A stretch of 64,000 bases of DNA from Gammaproteobacteria bacterium (GCA_965215365.1 CBDCDS010000003.1:1728001-1792000), one strand, 5' to 3'. Shown: positions 32,101 through 44,445, counted from the stretch's first letter. The notes: a model not told the origin generated them from the sequence alone. Numbers and translations are program-made.

Positions 32101-33313
32101 GGCCAAATTCGTTGTTATATGAGGCCGCGCCGCAGGGGGCTGCCAGCATAATGTCTAGCGGCGCGGCGATAGAGTCCGGTTTTTGTTCTGCTTGTTCCCA
32201 GGGCTGGGGCAGGTCGGGGATACGCAGGTTGGACACGGCAAACCCGGTGAGACCGGCCTTGGGTTTGCCCCCGCGCCCGGTGGCCGCCTCGTCGCGCAGC
32301 TCGCCGCCGGTGCCGGTGGCTGCGCCCGGGAACGGCGAGATGGCGGTGGGATGGTTATGGGTTTCCACCTTCATCAGCAGCTGCACATTTTCCTGTACAT
32401 AGCTGTATTTGCGTGTGGTTGTTGCGGCGGCAGGCACAGTGGGGGTAGCGGGAGACGCGCCCGAGGGCACGGTGGCAGCTGCCGCGGGCGGCGCGGCAAA
32501 GAAACGCGTCGCACGCTGCCCGCGCATAACCGCAGCATTGTCGGAGTACGCGGACAACACCCGCCCCGGATGGGCGGCATGGGTATCCTTGATCAATTCA
32601 AACAGGGTTTTCGGCATGGCTTGCCCACCGATAGTCCAGCGCGCATTGAAGATCTTGTGACGGCAGTGCTCCGAGTTCACTTGGGCGAAGGTCATCAGTT
32701 CCACATCCGTGGGATCCCGAGCCAGTCTTTGGTAGGCCGCCAACAGGTAATCAATTTCAGCCTCTGCCAGGGCCAGCCCCATGTTGCGATTGGCCTCCGA
32801 CAAGGCGCCGCGGCCCTGTGTCAACAAGGGGACAGAGACCAGTGGCCGCGGTTCCTGCACGGCGAACAGGGTGGCGGCTTCATCGACAGTGTCAATGAGC
32901 GTCTGGGTCATACGATCGTGCAGACAATGTTTGACTGCGTCCAGTTGTGCCGGCGGCGGTGGTTGCCCGTGCGCATCTTCCAGGCGCCAGCATAGGCCAC
33001 GCTCGATGCGCGCGACCGAGGTCAGACCGCAGCGGTGCAGAATGTCTGTGGCCTTGCTCGACCACGGTGAGCTCAGACCGGGTCTGGGAATGACGATACA
33101 GGCCGGCGCTTCCGGTTCATCGGTAGCCAGTGCCGGGCCATCATCAAGCAGGTCGAGCAGGCGCGTCTCCTCGGCGGCGCTGAGCGGCTTGTATAGCTGC
33201 AGAAAATGCACAAACCAGGCTTCTACCTTGCGGATGTCGGGCAGGAGGACGGCTAACTCAGCGCGTTTTTTGGCGAGCCGGAAGCGCGCAAAGGCTACCG
33301 CGCCGTGAATCAC
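29150..33313 (-). CDS. purL: phosphoribosylformylglycinamidine synthase (large fused PurL)
   Basis: [46 protein letters not shown]; start codon uncertain. Confidence 0.96.
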   Translation of the reverse strand: MIHGAVAFARFRLAKKRAELAVLLPDIRKVEAWFVHFLQLYKPLSAAEETRLLDLLDDGPALATDEPEAPACIVIPRPGLSSPWSSKATDILHRCGLTSVARIERGLCWRLEDAHGQPPPPAQLDAVKHCLHDRMTQTLIDTVDEAATLFAVQEPRPLVSVPLLTQGRGALSEANRNMGLALAEAEIDYLLAAYQRLARDPTDVELMTFAQVNSEHCRHKIFNARWTIGGQAMPKTLFELIKDTHAAHPGRVLSAYSDNAAVMRGQRATRFFAAPPAAAATVPSGASPATPTVPAAATTTRKYSYVQENVQLLMKVETHNHPTAISPFPGAATGTGGELRDEAATGRGGKPKAGLTGFAVSNLRIPDLPQPWEQAEQKPDSIAAPLDIMLAAPCGAASYNNEFGRPALAGYFRTFEQRDNATGVMRGYHKPVMLAGGYGVVRPPHIHKQALTAGCSILALGGPAMLIGLGGGAASSMTAGASSEELDFASVQRDNAEIQRRCQEVIDQCWALGAANPILSIHDVGAGGLSNALPELVHQGRIGARIDLRALPSADRSLSPMELWCNEAQERYVLALPAAAVPRFMALCERERAPCAVIGETNDSGQLLVIDRDNGTTPMDVPLDLLLGKTPGLSFRVELYTGAGDTNTAARPDRRETSPALAGTADWSSLTAASARIASATPASDSALHEVIARVLQLPAVADKRFLITIGDRSVSGLVTRDQMVGPWQTPVADCAVTAAGFGACSGEAMALGERPAVAVHNAPASARLAVAEAVTNLCGTRILRLEELALSANWMAAANDPSEQAALYATVAAVSTLAQQLRIPIPVGKDSMSMSVAWTQDNKQQRVSAPLSLTITAYAPVADVGKTLTPQLQRDTDTRLLLIDLGLGQNRLGGSALAQVTARTDTVTPDLDNPVLLAACFNGMQLLNETGYILACHDRSDGGVFVTLCEMALAGRCGLDIEVEDADLTAFLFNEEPGLVLQVRAAHLQRVRKTLLQSGLPAASLSTVAQPSENRELTVKHLGQLSYSARLSELHRLWSLTSYHLQRLRDNPDCADEEFAGLQDEHDPGLSIMPTSREQAAQQPQPAPTASGITMAAAELAPATAGGFSKTRFSATVWGKTATPARHRTRPALGILREQGVNGQVEMAAAFDRAGFDCIDINMHDLITGAATLQPLTGLVACGGFSYGDVLGAGGGWAGSILYNERLRDEFERFFQRPDSFGLGVCNGCQMLTRLRAIIPGAAHWPAFVRNRSEQFESRVVMVEILDSPSLFFRDMSGARLPIVVAHGEGRVAVAGAVQPDPATLAGAVMRFVDNHGAVTETYPGNPNGSPGGLTGFTSADGRFTILMPHPERVFLTQQLSWVAHPHPGPDSPWMRMFHNARAWVG

Positions 33314-33323
33314 CCGGGGCGCT

Positions 33324-34712
33324 TCAGTCTCCCTTCCAGGCGGCGATGATCTGTGTGGTTTGGGCGGCGGCATTGCCAGTATAGTCCGCAGGTTCCAGTT
33401 TCGACAACGCAGCTTTATCCTGCGGCAGCAGCTCCAGGGTATTGATGAATCCCCGCAGCGTCGCCAGGGTAATCCGTTGCCCGCGCGTCAGCGCCTTGAG
33501 CTGCTCGTAGGAATCCTCAATGCCGCGCCGGCGCATGACGGTTTGTACGGCTTCCGCCAGCACCTCCGGGTTGTCGTTGAGGTCGGCCTGCAGCCGGGCG
33601 CGGTTCGCTTCCAGCTTGCCCAGACCTTTCAGGCAGGATTGACAGGCAATCAGGCAGTGAGCCAGTGCCGCGCCCATGTTGCGAGTGACGGTGGAGTCGG
33701 TGAGGTCGCGTTGCCAGCGCGATACCGGCAGTTTGTTCGCCATAAAGCCAAGCAGGGCGTTGGCCAGTCCCAGGTTGCCCTCGGCGTTCTCAAAATCGAT
33801 GGGGTTGACCTTGTGCGGCATAGTGGAGGAGCCGACCTCGCCGGCGACCGGTTGCAGGTGAAAATAATCCAGGGCGATATACCCCCACAGGTCGCGACAC
33901 AGGTCCAGCAGGATGGTATTGATGCGACTCAGCGCGTGAAAATATTCAGCCTTATAGTCATGCGGCTCAATCTGGGCGCTGTGCGGATTGGGCGTTAAGC
34001 CCAGTGACTCCACGAAACGACGCGACTGTTCCGGCCAGTCAAGCTCAGGGCAGGCGCTGAGATGGGCATTGAAGTTACCCGTCGCACCGTTCAGCTTGCC
34101 CAGGATCGCAACCTCCCGGAAGCGTTCCAGCTGGCGCTGTAAACGGTGCACGAACAGGGCCAGCTCCTTGCCCAGAGTGGTGGGCGAAGCCGGCTGGCCA
34201 TGGGTGCGCGCAAGCATGGGCAAGGCGGCCCAGCGCGCCGCCAGCGCGCACAGCGCGTCTAGGATTTCAGCCAGCACCGGATACAGGTGTTCTTCCCTAG
34301 CTGTTGTCAGCATCAGGCCTTGACTGAGGTTGTTGATGTCTTCCGAGGTACAGGCAAAGTGGATAAACGGCACATAAGGTTGCAACGTCCGGTCGGCGCT
34401 GAACTTCTCCCGAATGAAATATTCCACCGCCTTGAGGTCGTGGTTGGTGGTGGCTTCAATGGCCTTGACCCTGGCGGCGTCGGTTACGGAAAACTCTTCA
34501 ATGAGCGTATCCAACTGCCGTCCAGCCGCCGCGTCCAATGCCGGCAAGCCGGTAATAGCCGGGCACTGCGCCAGCCATTGCAACCAGCGCACTTCCACTT
34601 CCACCCGTCGACGCATCAGACCGTATTCGCTGAACACGGCCCGCAACGGCGCGGTGTTAGCGCCGTAACGGCCGTCTATGGGCGATATTGCCGTGAGCGG
34701 GTTTAATTCCAT
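33324..34712 (-). CDS. purB: adenylosuccinate lyase
   Basis: [33 protein letters not shown]. Confidence 0.97.
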   Translation of the reverse strand: MELNPLTAISPIDGRYGANTAPLRAVFSEYGLMRRRVEVEVRWLQWLAQCPAITGLPALDAAAGRQLDTLIEEFSVTDAARVKAIEATTNHDLKAVEYFIREKFSADRTLQPYVPFIHFACTSEDINNLSQGLMLTTAREEHLYPVLAEILDALCALAARWAALPMLARTHGQPASPTTLGKELALFVHRLQRQLERFREVAILGKLNGATGNFNAHLSACPELDWPEQSRRFVESLGLTPNPHSAQIEPHDYKAEYFHALSRINTILLDLCRDLWGYIALDYFHLQPVAGEVGSSTMPHKVNPIDFENAEGNLGLANALLGFMANKLPVSRWQRDLTDSTVTRNMGAALAHCLIACQSCLKGLGKLEANRARLQADLNDNPEVLAEAVQTVMRRRGIEDSYEQLKALTRGQRITLATLRGFINTLELLPQDKAALSKLEPADYTGNAAAQTTQIIAAWKGD

Positions 34713-35758
34713 CACGGACAGGGGTTGGGTTGCGCGCGATGAATATCTTCTATCCGCCGCAATACGTCTTTATCCAGCTCGATATCGACACTGGCAATGT
34801 TGGCGACAAGCTGTTCCATGGTGGTGGCGCCGATGATCGAGCTGGTGACAAACGGGCGCTGGTTGACGAAGGCCAGCGCCAGTTGCGCCGGCGCCAGGCC
34901 ATACTCCTTTGCTACGGCAACATAGCGCCGGGTGCACTGTTGGGCCAGCTCCGAGACATAGCGCTTGTAGCGGGCGCCGAACAGGGTCAGCCGGGTGCCC
35001 GGCGGGCGCTGGCCATCCAGGTATTTGCCGGACAATACGCCGAAGCCCAGCGGTGAATAGGCCAGCAGGCCGACTTGTTCCCGGTGCGCAAACTCGGCCA
35101 GCCCGATCTCGAAGGTGCGGTTGAGCAGGTTGTAGGGGTTCTGGATGGAAACAATCCGGGGCAGGAGGCTTACTTCTCGGGCCAGACGCAGATATTCGCT
35201 CAGTCCCCAGGGGGTTTCGTTGGAGATCCCGAGGTAACGGATTTTCCCTGCTCGCACCTGCTCGGTCAGAGCGCCCAGGGTTTCTGCAATCGGCGTGCCG
35301 TCCTTGGCCGGGGCGTGGTAGTAATCCTGCCGCCCGAAACAGTTGGTATCGCGCTCCGGCCAGTGCACCTGATACAGGTCGATGTAATCGGTTTGCAGGC
35401 GTTTCAGGCTGGCATCCACGGCCGCTTGCACATTGTTCCGGTCCAGGCAGTGATTGCCGCCGCGCAGGTAGTCGATATGAGTAGCTGCCGGACAAATTTT
35501 GCTGGCGATAATCAGCTGGTCCCGATCCGGACGCGTGTGCAGCCAGTGGCCGAGGTGCTGTTCGGTGCGCCCCTGGGTCTCGGCGCGCATCGGGCTGGGA
35601 TAAAGCTCTGCGGTATCAATGAAGTTGACACCCTGATGCACGGCGTAATCAAGCTGTTGGCAGGCCTGCGCCAGGGTATTCTGCTCACCCCAGGTCATGC
35701 TGCCCAGACAGATAACGCTGACGTCAATATCGGTGTGTCCCAGTTTGCGGTATTGCAT
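34712..35758 (-). CDS. tas: Tas-like NADP(H) aldo/keto reductase
   Basis: ICLGSMTWGEQN, DTAELY, DLYQVHWP, SNETPWG, AYSPL..LSGKY. Confidence 0.9.
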   Translation of the reverse strand: MQYRKLGHTDIDVSVICLGSMTWGEQNTLAQACQQLDYAVHQGVNFIDTAELYPSPMRAETQGRTEQHLGHWLHTRPDRDQLIIASKICPAATHIDYLRGGNHCLDRNNVQAAVDASLKRLQTDYIDLYQVHWPERDTNCFGRQDYYHAPAKDGTPIAETLGALTEQVRAGKIRYLGISNETPWGLSEYLRLAREVSLLPRIVSIQNPYNLLNRTFEIGLAEFAHREQVGLLAYSPLGFGVLSGKYLDGQRPPGTRLTLFGARYKRYVSELAQQCTRRYVAVAKEYGLAPAQLALAFVNQRPFVTSSIIGATTMEQLVANIASVDIELDKDVLRRIEDIHRAQPNPCP

Positions 35759-35798
35759 GTAACCGAATGATATACTATGCGTAACGACATAAACAACC

Positions 35799-36839
35799 AT
35801 GAACACCATCACCCTGCTCAAGCCTGATGACCTCCACCTGCACTTGCGTGACGGGGAAGAACTCGCTTGTGTCGTAGGCGACAGTGCCCGGCGCTTTGCC
35901 CGGGCGATTATTATGCCGAATCTGATGCCGCCCGTGGTAAAGGTGAAGCAGGCGCTGGACTATCGGCGCAGGATCCTGGCCTGCCTGCCGGATGATACCG
36001 GATTTGAGCCGCTGATGACCTTGTACCTGACCGATAATACCAGTAAAGACGAGGTGCGGCGGGTCGCCGAGAGCGCCGAGGTGCATGCGTTCAAATACTA
36101 TCCTGCCGGCGCCACCACCCATGCGGATGCCGGCGTGACCGACATCAACAAGGTCATGCCAGCGCTGGAACAGATGGCGCGCGCTGATGTGCCCTTGTTG
36201 CTGCACGGCGAGGTGACGGCTGCTGATGTGGATGTGTTTGACCGGGAAAAAGTGTTTATCGAGCGGATCCTGGCGCCGTTGCTCGAAAACATCGATACCT
36301 TGCGCGTCGTGCTGGAGCACATCACCACCGAGGACGCAGTACAGTTTGTCAGCGGCGCCGGTGACCGGGTCGCAGCCACCATTACCCCGCATCACCTCAT
36401 GTTGAACCGTAACGCCATGCTGGCGCAGGGTATTAACCCGCACCATTACTGTTTGCCGCTGCTGAAACGGGAACGCCATCGACAGGCGTTGGTGGTTGCG
36501 GCGACCAGCGGCAACCCGAAATTCTTTCTCGGCACCGACAGTGCCCCGCACCACGCGCAGGCCAAGTCCACGCCGCCCTGCTGCGCCGGCATCTATAATG
36601 CCCACGCGGCTATCGAGCTATACGCAGCGATTTTCGACGCCATGCACAGCCTGCATACCTTGGAGTGCTTTGCCGCCCGCAACGGCGCGCGCTTTTACCG
36701 CTTGCCGTTGACCACGCAGACTATTACCCTGCGCCGGGAACCCTGGCGCATACCCGCCACGCTGCGCTTCGCAGATACTGTGCTGGTACCGTTTCAGGCC
36801 GCTCAAACCTGCTCGTGGAAATTGGTCGAGGCACCGTGA
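35799..36839 (+). CDS. pyrC: dihydroorotase
   Basis: PDDLHLHLRD, MPNL, KYYPAGATT, LEHITT, FLGTDSAPH. Confidence 0.96.
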   Translation: MNTITLLKPDDLHLHLRDGEELACVVGDSARRFARAIIMPNLMPPVVKVKQALDYRRRILACLPDDTGFEPLMTLYLTDNTSKDEVRRVAESAEVHAFKYYPAGATTHADAGVTDINKVMPALEQMARADVPLLLHGEVTAADVDVFDREKVFIERILAPLLENIDTLRVVLEHITTEDAVQFVSGAGDRVAATITPHHLMLNRNAMLAQGINPHHYCLPLLKRERHRQALVVAATSGNPKFFLGTDSAPHHAQAKSTPPCCAGIYNAHAAIELYAAIFDAMHSLHTLECFAARNGARFYRLPLTTQTITLRREPWRIPATLRFADTVLVPFQAAQTCSWKLVEAP

Positions 36840-37453
36840 GTGTCGATAAAAACAGCCTAGTAGCGCGCCGCTTCCGGGGTTTTTATCCGGTGGTGGTGGA
36901 TGTAGAGACAGCCGGCTTCAACCCGCTCACGGATGCCTTACTGGAGGTCGCGGTGGTGTTCCTGCAAGCTGCTCCCGATGGGCTCTGGAGCCCGCTGGAA
37001 ACTATCTCAAAACACATACAACCCTTCCCCGGCGCGAACCTGGACCAGGCCGCGCTGGAGTTCACCGGCATCGATCCCGAGCACCCGTTTCGCAAGGAGA
37101 TCGCAGTGTCCGAGCAGGAGGCGTTACGCGAGATCTTCCAGGCCACCAAGCGCTTGCTTAGGCAACACGCGTGCAGCCGCGCCATTCTGGTCGGGCACAA
37201 CCCTTCCTTCGATCTGAGTTTTATCAACGCCGCGGCCAATCGTACCGGCCTGAAAAAGAATCCATTCCACCGTTTCAGCACCTTCGACACGGCCACCCTG
37301 GGCGGCCTCGCCTACGGCCAAACCGTGCTGTCCCGGGCAGTCATGGCCGCCGGTCTGGAATGGGAGGAAGAAGAAGCCCACTCCGCTCTGTACGACGCCG
37401 AACGCACCGCCGAGTTATTCTGCAACATCGTCAACCTGTGGCCACTGGGGTAG
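36836..37453 (+). CDS. rnt: ribonuclease T
   Basis: RFRGFYPVVVDVETAGF, NPFH, FDTATL, AHSALYD. Confidence 0.95.
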   Translation: MSVDKNSLVARRFRGFYPVVVDVETAGFNPLTDALLEVAVVFLQAAPDGLWSPLETISKHIQPFPGANLDQAALEFTGIDPEHPFRKEIAVSEQEALREIFQATKRLLRQHACSRAILVGHNPSFDLSFINAAANRTGLKKNPFHRFSTFDTATLGGLAYGQTVLSRAVMAAGLEWEEEEAHSALYDAERTAELFCNIVNLWPLG

Positions 37454-37547
37454 ATACAATGATGCCGATTGTGGTAGCATACCCCTTCTGACCCGCCTGA
37501 TTGAAGAGTAACAGCCCCGCAGTTGATCTGCCTGATTAGAGAGAGTT

Positions 37548-40169
37548 ATGCCTGACGAGATCGCCCGGTCGGTGGTGCCGGTCAACATTGAAGACGAGAT
37601 GCGTCAATCCTATATGGATTACGCCATGAGCGTCATCGTCGGGCGCGCCCTGCCGGATGTGCGCGACGGCTTGAAGCCGGTGCACCGGCGGGTGTTGTTT
37701 GCCATGAACGAGGTGAGCAACGACTACAACAAGCCCTACAAGAAATCCGCCCGCATTGTCGGTGATGTCATCGGTAAATATCACCCGCATGGGGATTCCG
37801 CCGTGTACGATACCATCGTGCGCATGGCCCAGCATTTTTCCTTGCGCTATGTGCTGGTGGACGGGCAGGGCAATTTTGGTTCGGTGGACGGCGACGCGCC
37901 AGCAGCGATGCGCTATACCGAAATCCGCATGGCCCGGATTGCCCACGAGTTGCTGGAGGACATCGACAAGGAAACCGTTGATTACATACCCAATTACGAC
38001 GGTGCCGAACACGAGCCGGTGGTGCTGCCTACGCGCGTGCCCAATCTGCTGGTCAACGGTTCCAGCGGCATTGCTGTGGGCATGGCGACTAACATCCCGC
38101 CGCATAATCTGAGCGAAGTCATCAAGGCCTGCATCGCTTTGCTGGAGAACGAGCAGCTCAGTACGGATGAATTGCTGGAATACATTCCGGGCCCGGATTT
38201 TCCCACCGCCGGCATTATCAACGGTTCCCAGGGCATACACGAGGCCTACCGCAGCGGTCGCGGCCGCATTTACCTGCGCGCCCGTTCCCATATCGAAACC
38301 GATGAAAAAGCCGGGCAGAGCGCCATTGTCATCACCGAATTGCCCTACCAGGTGAACAAGGCGCGCTTGCAGGAGAAAATTGCCGAGCTGGTGCGGGATA
38401 AAAAGCTGAGCGGGATCCGCGAGTTGCGCGATGAATCCGACAAGGATGGCATGCGTCTGGTCATCGAACTGCGCCGCGGCGAGGTGCCTGAGGTGGTGTT
38501 GAACAACCTGTACCAGTTTACCGCCATCCAGAGCGTGTTCGGCATCAACCTGGTGGCGCTGGATGATGGCCGCCCGCGCCTGATGACGCTGAAAGGGATC
38601 CTAGAGGCGTTTATCCGACACCGGCGCGAGGTGGTGGTGCGGCGCACCCTGTACGAATTGCGCAAGGCCCGGGCGCGCGCCCACATCCTGGAAGGGTTGG
38701 CCGCAGCGCTGGCCAATATCGATACCATGATCGAATTGATCAAAACATCCGCCACGCCCGCCGAGGCAAAACGCGGGCTGCTGGCACGTGTCTGGCTGCC
38801 CGGCGTAGTCACTACCCTGCTGGAGCGGGTGGGCGCGGAATTGTCACGCCCCGACGACCTGCCGGCGGAACTGGGTTTGGGCGCTGACGGTTACCACCTG
38901 TCCGAGGCGCAGGCGCAGGCCATTCTGGATTTGCGCCTGCAGAAACTGACCGGGTTGGAGCAGGAGAAGATCGTGGCGGAATACCAGGAGTTGCTGGATC
39001 GAATCAGCGACCTGCTGGACATACTGGCGCGGCCGCAACGCCTGCTGGAGGTCATCAGGGCGGAACTGGAGGAAATCCGGGAACGCTATGGCGATGCCCG
39101 CTGCACGCAGATCATCGAAGATCAGCTGGCACTGACTATGGAAGACCTGATTACCGAGCAGGACGTAGTGGTAACCCTGTCCCATGCCGGCTATGCCAAA
39201 ACCCAACCCCTGACCGATTACCGGGCGCAGCGTCGCGGTGGGCGCGGCAAGTCGGCCACCTCGGTCAAGGATGAGGACTTTGTCGATAAACTGTTTATCG
39301 CCAGCACCCATGACACCTTGCTGTGCTTTTCCAGCCGCGGTCGCCTGTACTGGTTGAAGGTGTATGAGTTGCCCCGCGCCAGTCGCGCCGCCAAGGGCAA
39401 GCCCATTATCAACCTGTTGCCCCTGGACGAGGGCGAGCGCATCAATGCGGTGTTGCCGATACGGGAGTTCCGCGATGACCTGTATGTGTTCATGGCGACC
39501 GCCGACGGCACAGTAAAGAAGACCTCGCTCAAGAGCTTCTCGCGCGCCCGGCCCAGCGGCATCCGCGCCATCGAACTGACCGAGGGCAACCAGCTGGTCA
39601 ATGTGGAACTGACGAACGGCGCGGACGAAGTCATGCTGTTCAGCGATGCCGGCAAGGTCATTCGCTTCACTGAAACGGCTGTGCGCGCCATGGGTCGGGT
39701 TGCGCGCGGCGTGCGCGGTATGCGTCTGGGGCCTGACGATAAGGTCATTGCCTTGCTCATCGCCAGCGCCGATAAGGCGATATTGACCGCCACCGGGAAT
39801 GGTTACGGCAAGCGCACGGCGCTGGCAGACTACCGGTTGACGGGGCGTGGCGGTCAGGGTGTGATCTCCATTCAGACCAATGAACGTAATGGCCGGGTCG
39901 TGGGCGCGCAGGTGGTGGATGCGGACGATGAGATCATGCTGATCAGCGACCAGGGCACCTTGATCCGCATGAAGGCCGGGGATGTTTCTATGGTGGGCCG
40001 CAACACCATGGGCGTGAAGCTGGTCAACCTCAACGACGGTGAGACTCTGGCCGGCCTGGAGCGCATCATTGATGACGGTGGTGCCCCCGATAATGGCGAG
40101 CATGGCCACGACAATGAAGGTGGCGACAGTCATGGCGGCGCCCGGGGAACTGCAGGTGACAGTTCATAA
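37548..40169 (+). CDS. gyrA: DNA gyrase subunit A
   Basis: [17 protein letters not shown], GyrA box QRRGGRG. Confidence 0.98.
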   Translation: MPDEIARSVVPVNIEDEMRQSYMDYAMSVIVGRALPDVRDGLKPVHRRVLFAMNEVSNDYNKPYKKSARIVGDVIGKYHPHGDSAVYDTIVRMAQHFSLRYVLVDGQGNFGSVDGDAPAAMRYTEIRMARIAHELLEDIDKETVDYIPNYDGAEHEPVVLPTRVPNLLVNGSSGIAVGMATNIPPHNLSEVIKACIALLENEQLSTDELLEYIPGPDFPTAGIINGSQGIHEAYRSGRGRIYLRARSHIETDEKAGQSAIVITELPYQVNKARLQEKIAELVRDKKLSGIRELRDESDKDGMRLVIELRRGEVPEVVLNNLYQFTAIQSVFGINLVALDDGRPRLMTLKGILEAFIRHRREVVVRRTLYELRKARARAHILEGLAAALANIDTMIELIKTSATPAEAKRGLLARVWLPGVVTTLLERVGAELSRPDDLPAELGLGADGYHLSEAQAQAILDLRLQKLTGLEQEKIVAEYQELLDRISDLLDILARPQRLLEVIRAELEEIRERYGDARCTQIIEDQLALTMEDLITEQDVVVTLSHAGYAKTQPLTDYRAQRRGGRGKSATSVKDEDFVDKLFIASTHDTLLCFSSRGRLYWLKVYELPRASRAAKGKPIINLLPLDEGERINAVLPIREFRDDLYVFMATADGTVKKTSLKSFSRARPSGIRAIELTEGNQLVNVELTNGADEVMLFSDAGKVIRFTETAVRAMGRVARGVRGMRLGPDDKVIALLIASADKAILTATGNGYGKRTALADYRLTGRGGQGVISIQTNERNGRVVGAQVVDADDEIMLISDQGTLIRMKAGDVSMVGRNTMGVKLVNLNDGETLAGLERIIDDGGAPDNGEHGHDNEGGDSHGGARGTAGDSS

Positions 40170-41262
40170 TTTCAGTGCCGGTCCAGCCATTCTGCCCCGG
40201 ACCGTGATGGAACAGGCCCAGGCCGAGTTTTTGGACTGGCACGGTCTCGGCGTTTCCATTGCCGAGCTGAGCCACCGCAGTGCTGCATTCAAGGCTGTAG
40301 CAGAACAGTCGGTGCGCGATCTGACTGCGCTGCTGGCACTCCCGGAGCATTACCGGATACTGTTTTTGCAGGGCGGTGCCAGCCACGTGATGAGCATGGC
40401 ACCCCTGAACCTGTGCGGCAGGACCCGGGGCGGCAGCGGCGATTGTGCCGATTATGTGATCACAGGTCACTGGTCGCAACGGGCTGCGAACGAGGCGGCG
40501 CGCCTGACTGAGGTGAATATTGCCGCCAGCGCTGCGGAGGCGAACTTCACCACCATCCCCGAACCCGGCGATTGGCGTTGCCGCGCACACGCGGCCTACC
40601 TGTATTACTGTGATAATGAAACCATTGCCGGGGTCGAGTTTCCGGCGCCGCCGGCGTTGCCGGAGGCCGGCGGCGAGACTGTACTGGTTTGTGATATGAC
40701 CTCTAATTTCCTGTCTCGCCCGTTGCCGGTGGAGCGCTACGGGCTGATCTTCGCTGGCGCTCAGAAAAATATGGCGCCGGCGGGCCTGACCGTGGCTCTG
40801 GTGCGGGAAGACCTGCTGGAGCGGGCCCGCGCCGATGTGCCGTTTTTATACCATTTCAAGCTGCTGGCCGAGCATGACTCCATGTTTAACACGCCGCCCG
40901 TATTCAACTGGTATCTGGCCGGGTTGACCTTCGCTTGGATCAGGCAACAGGGCGGGGTGGAGGAAATGCATGCCCGCGCCTGCCGCCGTTCCGGCAAGCT
41001 CTATGCGTTCATTGACGGGCATGAGTTCTACCGCAACCCCGTGGCTGAACCCTATCGGTCGCGTATGAACGTGCCGTTCATGCTGGCGGATGCCGGCCTG
41101 GATCGCGCCTTCCTCGCGGCAGCCGAAGACAATGGCCTGCTCGGACTTAAAGGTCATCGCAGCGTCGGCGGAATGCGCGCCAGCATGTACAATGGCTTGC
41201 CTGAAGCGAGCGTGGACGCACTGCTGGAATTCATGGTGGATTTTGCCACCAGACGGGGTTGA
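40156..41262 (+). CDS. serC: phosphoserine aminotransferase
   Basis: [31 protein letters not shown]. Confidence 0.96.
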   Translation: MTVHNFSAGPAILPRTVMEQAQAEFLDWHGLGVSIAELSHRSAAFKAVAEQSVRDLTALLALPEHYRILFLQGGASHVMSMAPLNLCGRTRGGSGDCADYVITGHWSQRAANEAARLTEVNIAASAAEANFTTIPEPGDWRCRAHAAYLYYCDNETIAGVEFPAPPALPEAGGETVLVCDMTSNFLSRPLPVERYGLIFAGAQKNMAPAGLTVALVREDLLERARADVPFLYHFKLLAEHDSMFNTPPVFNWYLAGLTFAWIRQQGGVEEMHARACRRSGKLYAFIDGHEFYRNPVAEPYRSRMNVPFMLADAGLDRAFLAAAEDNGLLGLKGHRSVGGMRASMYNGLPEASVDALLEFMVDFATRRG

Positions 41263-41330
41263 AGCGGATACAGCAGCAGCGCCTGAGTGGGACCGAATGA
41301 AATCTGTCCCGAAAACTGCATGACAGACCC

Positions 41331-42419
41331 ATGAGCGATGCAAAACTGGAAGACCTGCGCGCCGCGATCGACGCGCTGGATGAGCGGCTGGTGGAGTTGC
41401 TCAACCAGCGCGCGCGCCTAGCGCTGGAGGTGGCAACGGTAAAGCAACAGCAGTGCGCCTCGACCCTGTACCGGCCGGAACGGGAAGCGCAAGTGCTGGA
41501 GCGGGTGAAGGCGCTCAACCAGGGGCCGCTGCCGACTGAACACCTCGCGCGTCTGGTGCGGGAGGTCATGTCGGCCTGTCTGGCGCTGGAGGCGCCGTTG
41601 ACCGTTGCCTGCCTGGGGCCGGAGGGCACGTTCACGGAAGCGGCCGCGCATAAGCATTTCGGCCACTCGGTGCAGTTGACGCTGCTGGGCGCGATTGACC
41701 AGGTGTTTCGCGAAGTCAGCGCCGGCGCCTGCCACTACGGCGTAGTCCCGGTGGAGAACTCGGTTGAAGGCGCAGTGAACCAGACGCTCGATAAGTTACT
41801 GGTGTCCGACCTGAAAGTGTGCGGTGAGGTGGAACTGCGCATCCGCCAGCAGTTGCTGAGCCGCGCGCAACGGCTGGACGCTATCGAAACCGTATATTCG
41901 CACGAGCAGTCACTGGCGCAATGCCGCCATTGGCTGGATGCCAATCTGGCCTCGGCCCGACGCGTGTCGGTAGCCAGTAACGCCGCCGCAGTAGTGAATG
42001 CCGGTAAGGATGAACGCAGTGCCGCCATCGCCGGCGCGCAGGCAGGTCAGCGGCACGGCCTGCCGGTACTCAGGAAAAATATCGAGGATAACCTCAACAA
42101 TACCACCCGCTTCCTGGTGCTGGGCCGGGAGGGGCCGCCGCCCAGCGGCAAGGACAAGACCTCGGTGCTGTTTGCCATGCCCAGTACGCCCGGTTCGCTG
42201 GTAGCCATGCTGGCCTGCTTTGCCGACCACGGCGTGAATATGACTAGGATAGAATCCAGGCCCTCGCGCCAGGGAATATGGGAATACGTATTTTTCGTTG
42301 ACCTGAGCGGCCACGCGCAGGATGCACAGGTCAGCCAGGCGCTGTCTGAACTGCGCGCCAAGGCCGCCATGATGAAACTGCTGGGTTCCTACCCGGCGGT
42401 CGCGGTAACTCCCTTATAG
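41331..42419 (+). CDS. pheA: chorismate mutase / prephenate dehydratase
   Basis: N-terminal CM domain, LGPEGTF, PVENS, NTTRF, IESRP. Confidence 0.96.
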   Translation: MSDAKLEDLRAAIDALDERLVELLNQRARLALEVATVKQQQCASTLYRPEREAQVLERVKALNQGPLPTEHLARLVREVMSACLALEAPLTVACLGPEGTFTEAAAHKHFGHSVQLTLLGAIDQVFREVSAGACHYGVVPVENSVEGAVNQTLDKLLVSDLKVCGEVELRIRQQLLSRAQRLDAIETVYSHEQSLAQCRHWLDANLASARRVSVASNAAAVVNAGKDERSAAIAGAQAGQRHGLPVLRKNIEDNLNNTTRFLVLGREGPPPSGKDKTSVLFAMPSTPGSLVAMLACFADHGVNMTRIESRPSRQGIWEYVFFVDLSGHAQDAQVSQALSELRAKAAMMKLLGSYPAVAVTPL

Positions 42420-42430
42420 CCAGACCTGAC

Positions 42431-43552
42431 ATGAGTATTGACATAATTAACCTGGCCGCTCCCGGCATCGCCGGCTTGCCCACCTACAAACCCGGTAAGT
42501 CTGCCGAAGAGGTGGGGCGGGAGCTCGGCTTGCAGCAGGTGCTCAAGCTGGCTTCAAACGAAAATTCTCTGGGTCCCAGCCCCAAGGTACTGGCGGCCCT
42601 GGCCACCGCTGGCTTCGATCTGTGCCGTTATCCGGACGGTTCCGGCGCGGCGCTAAAGCAGGCGCTGGCGGACTATCACGGCATCACTCCCGCGCACATC
42701 ACTCTGGGCAACGGTTCCAACGATGTGCTGGAACTGGCTGCGCGCTGCATCGTGACCAGTGCCCATGAGGTGATCTATTCGGAAAACGCCTTTATCGTCT
42801 ATCATCTGGCGACCCATTCCATCGGTGCCACGCCGCGGGTCATACCCACCCGTGAACACCGGCATGATCTGGCCGCAATGGTGGACGCCATTAGTGCGCG
42901 CACCCGCCTGATTTTTCTCGATAACCCGGGCAATCCGACCGGTAGCTGGATCGACCGGGCGCAGTTGTGCGCGTTCCTGGAGGCCGTACCGGAGGACGTG
43001 ATCGTAGTCGTTGACGAGGCCTATTACGAGTATGGTGCTTCACTGTGCGCGGACTACCCGAATTCGATTGAATACCAGCCGGACTTCCCCAATCTGGTCA
43101 CCACCCGCACCTTTTCCAAGGCCTATGGTCTGGCCGGGCTGCGGGTCGGTTACGCCGTCAGTCACCCGCAGCTGGCGGATTTGATGAACCGGGTGCGGCA
43201 ACCGTTCAACGTCAATACCCTGGCCTTGCTGGCCGCCGAGGTCGCCTTGCAGGACCAGGAGCATCTGCGCCGTAGCGTGGCCCTGAATGATCAAGGCATG
43301 GTCGACCTCACCGCCGCGTTGGCCCGGCTGCGACTGAGCTGGTTTGAATCCATTGCCAACTTCGTCAGCTTCGACCTGGGTCGACCGGCAGACGCGGTAT
43401 ATCAGGCGCTACTGCACGAGGGCGTGGTAGTGCGCCCCATCGTTGAATACGGCCTACCTAACCACCTGCGCGTCACCATCGGTCAAGAACATGAAAACGC
43501 CACCTTTATCAGGGCACTGGAGAAGGTTTTAGCGGCTGGGAATGCGGGGTAG
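42431..43552 (+). CDS. hisC: histidinol-phosphate aminotransferase
   Basis: KLASNEN, GNGS, NPTG, RTFSKAYGLAGLRVG. Confidence 0.94.
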   Translation: MSIDIINLAAPGIAGLPTYKPGKSAEEVGRELGLQQVLKLASNENSLGPSPKVLAALATAGFDLCRYPDGSGAALKQALADYHGITPAHITLGNGSNDVLELAARCIVTSAHEVIYSENAFIVYHLATHSIGATPRVIPTREHRHDLAAMVDAISARTRLIFLDNPGNPTGSWIDRAQLCAFLEAVPEDVIVVVDEAYYEYGASLCADYPNSIEYQPDFPNLVTTRTFSKAYGLAGLRVGYAVSHPQLADLMNRVRQPFNVNTLALLAAEVALQDQEHLRRSVALNDQGMVDLTAALARLRLSWFESIANFVSFDLGRPADAVYQALLHEGVVVRPIVEYGLPNHLRVTIGQEHENATFIRALEKVLAAGNAG

Positions 43553-43567
43553 GAGGGGGCGGTAGTC

Positions 43568-44443
43568 ATGTTGTTTGAGAAGGTCGCCATAGTTGGCTTA
43601 GGGCTTATCGGCGGGTCGCTGGCGCGGGCCTTGCGGCGCACCGCGCAGTGCGGTTCGATCAGCGCTTACGGACGCCGGGAAGCGGCATTGCAGCAGGCCG
43701 TGCAGCGGGGTATCATCGACCATTACTGCTTGGATGTGCGGGCAGCAGTGCGCGGTGCCGACCTGGTGGTGCTGGCGACGCCACTGGCTACCACCGAACC
43801 GTTGTTGCGGGCCATGCGCGAGGTGTTGCAGTCGGGCTGTATCATCACGGATGTCGGCAGCGCCAAAGGCGCGGTGGTTGCCGCGGCCCGGACCGCGCTC
43901 AGCGCTGAGCAACTAGCCTTGTTCGTCCCGGCTCATCCCATCGCCGGCACTGAGCAGAGCGGCGTGGAAGCATCATTTGCCGAGTTATTCGAAGACCATG
44001 TCGTTATTATTACGCCACTGGCCGAGACCCGCCGCGATGCCGTGCGGCGTGTTACACAACTGTGGCAGGGTGCCGGTGCCCGTGTGGTTGAACTGGACGT
44101 CGAGCATCATGATGAAGCGCTGGCCGCGACCAGTCATCTGCCGCACGTACTGGTTTATACCCTGATAGATTGTCTGGCGCGGCTGCAGGATCGGGCCGAG
44201 ATTTTCGCTTATGCCGCCGGCGGCTTTGCCGATTTTACCCGGGTGGCCTCCAGCAACCCGGAAATGTGGCGCGACATCTGTCTGGCTAATGCCGCCCCAC
44301 TGCTGACAGTGCTGGATCAGTTTGAACAGCACCTGCAAGACGCCAGACAAGCCATCGCGACCGCGGATGGCAAGCACCTGCTGGAAATATTCACCCGCGC
44401 CAAGCGCTGCCGGGATGACTTTGCCCGCTCCAGGGGCAGGTAG
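43568..44443 (+). CDS. tyrA: prephenate/arogenate dehydrogenase
   Basis: GLGLIGGS, DVGSAK, HPIAGTE, SHLPH. Confidence 0.92.
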   Translation: MLFEKVAIVGLGLIGGSLARALRRTAQCGSISAYGRREAALQQAVQRGIIDHYCLDVRAAVRGADLVVLATPLATTEPLLRAMREVLQSGCIITDVGSAKGAVVAAARTALSAEQLALFVPAHPIAGTEQSGVEASFAELFEDHVVIITPLAETRRDAVRRVTQLWQGAGARVVELDVEHHDEALAATSHLPHVLVYTLIDCLARLQDRAEIFAYAAGGFADFTRVASSNPEMWRDICLANAAPLLTVLDQFEQHLQDARQAIATADGKHLLEIFTRAKRCRDDFARSRGR

Positions 44444-44445
44444 CC

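Noticed and set aside
33314-33373. ORF-track PurL N-terminal extension overlapping purB
   Set aside because: Probably an over-extended start; GTG at 33313 fits better
38844-40133. Long antisense ORFs (429 aa opposite gyrA; similar ones opposite tldD, recJ and the TonB receptor)
   Set aside because: Expected from high-GC codon bias; no recognisable motifs
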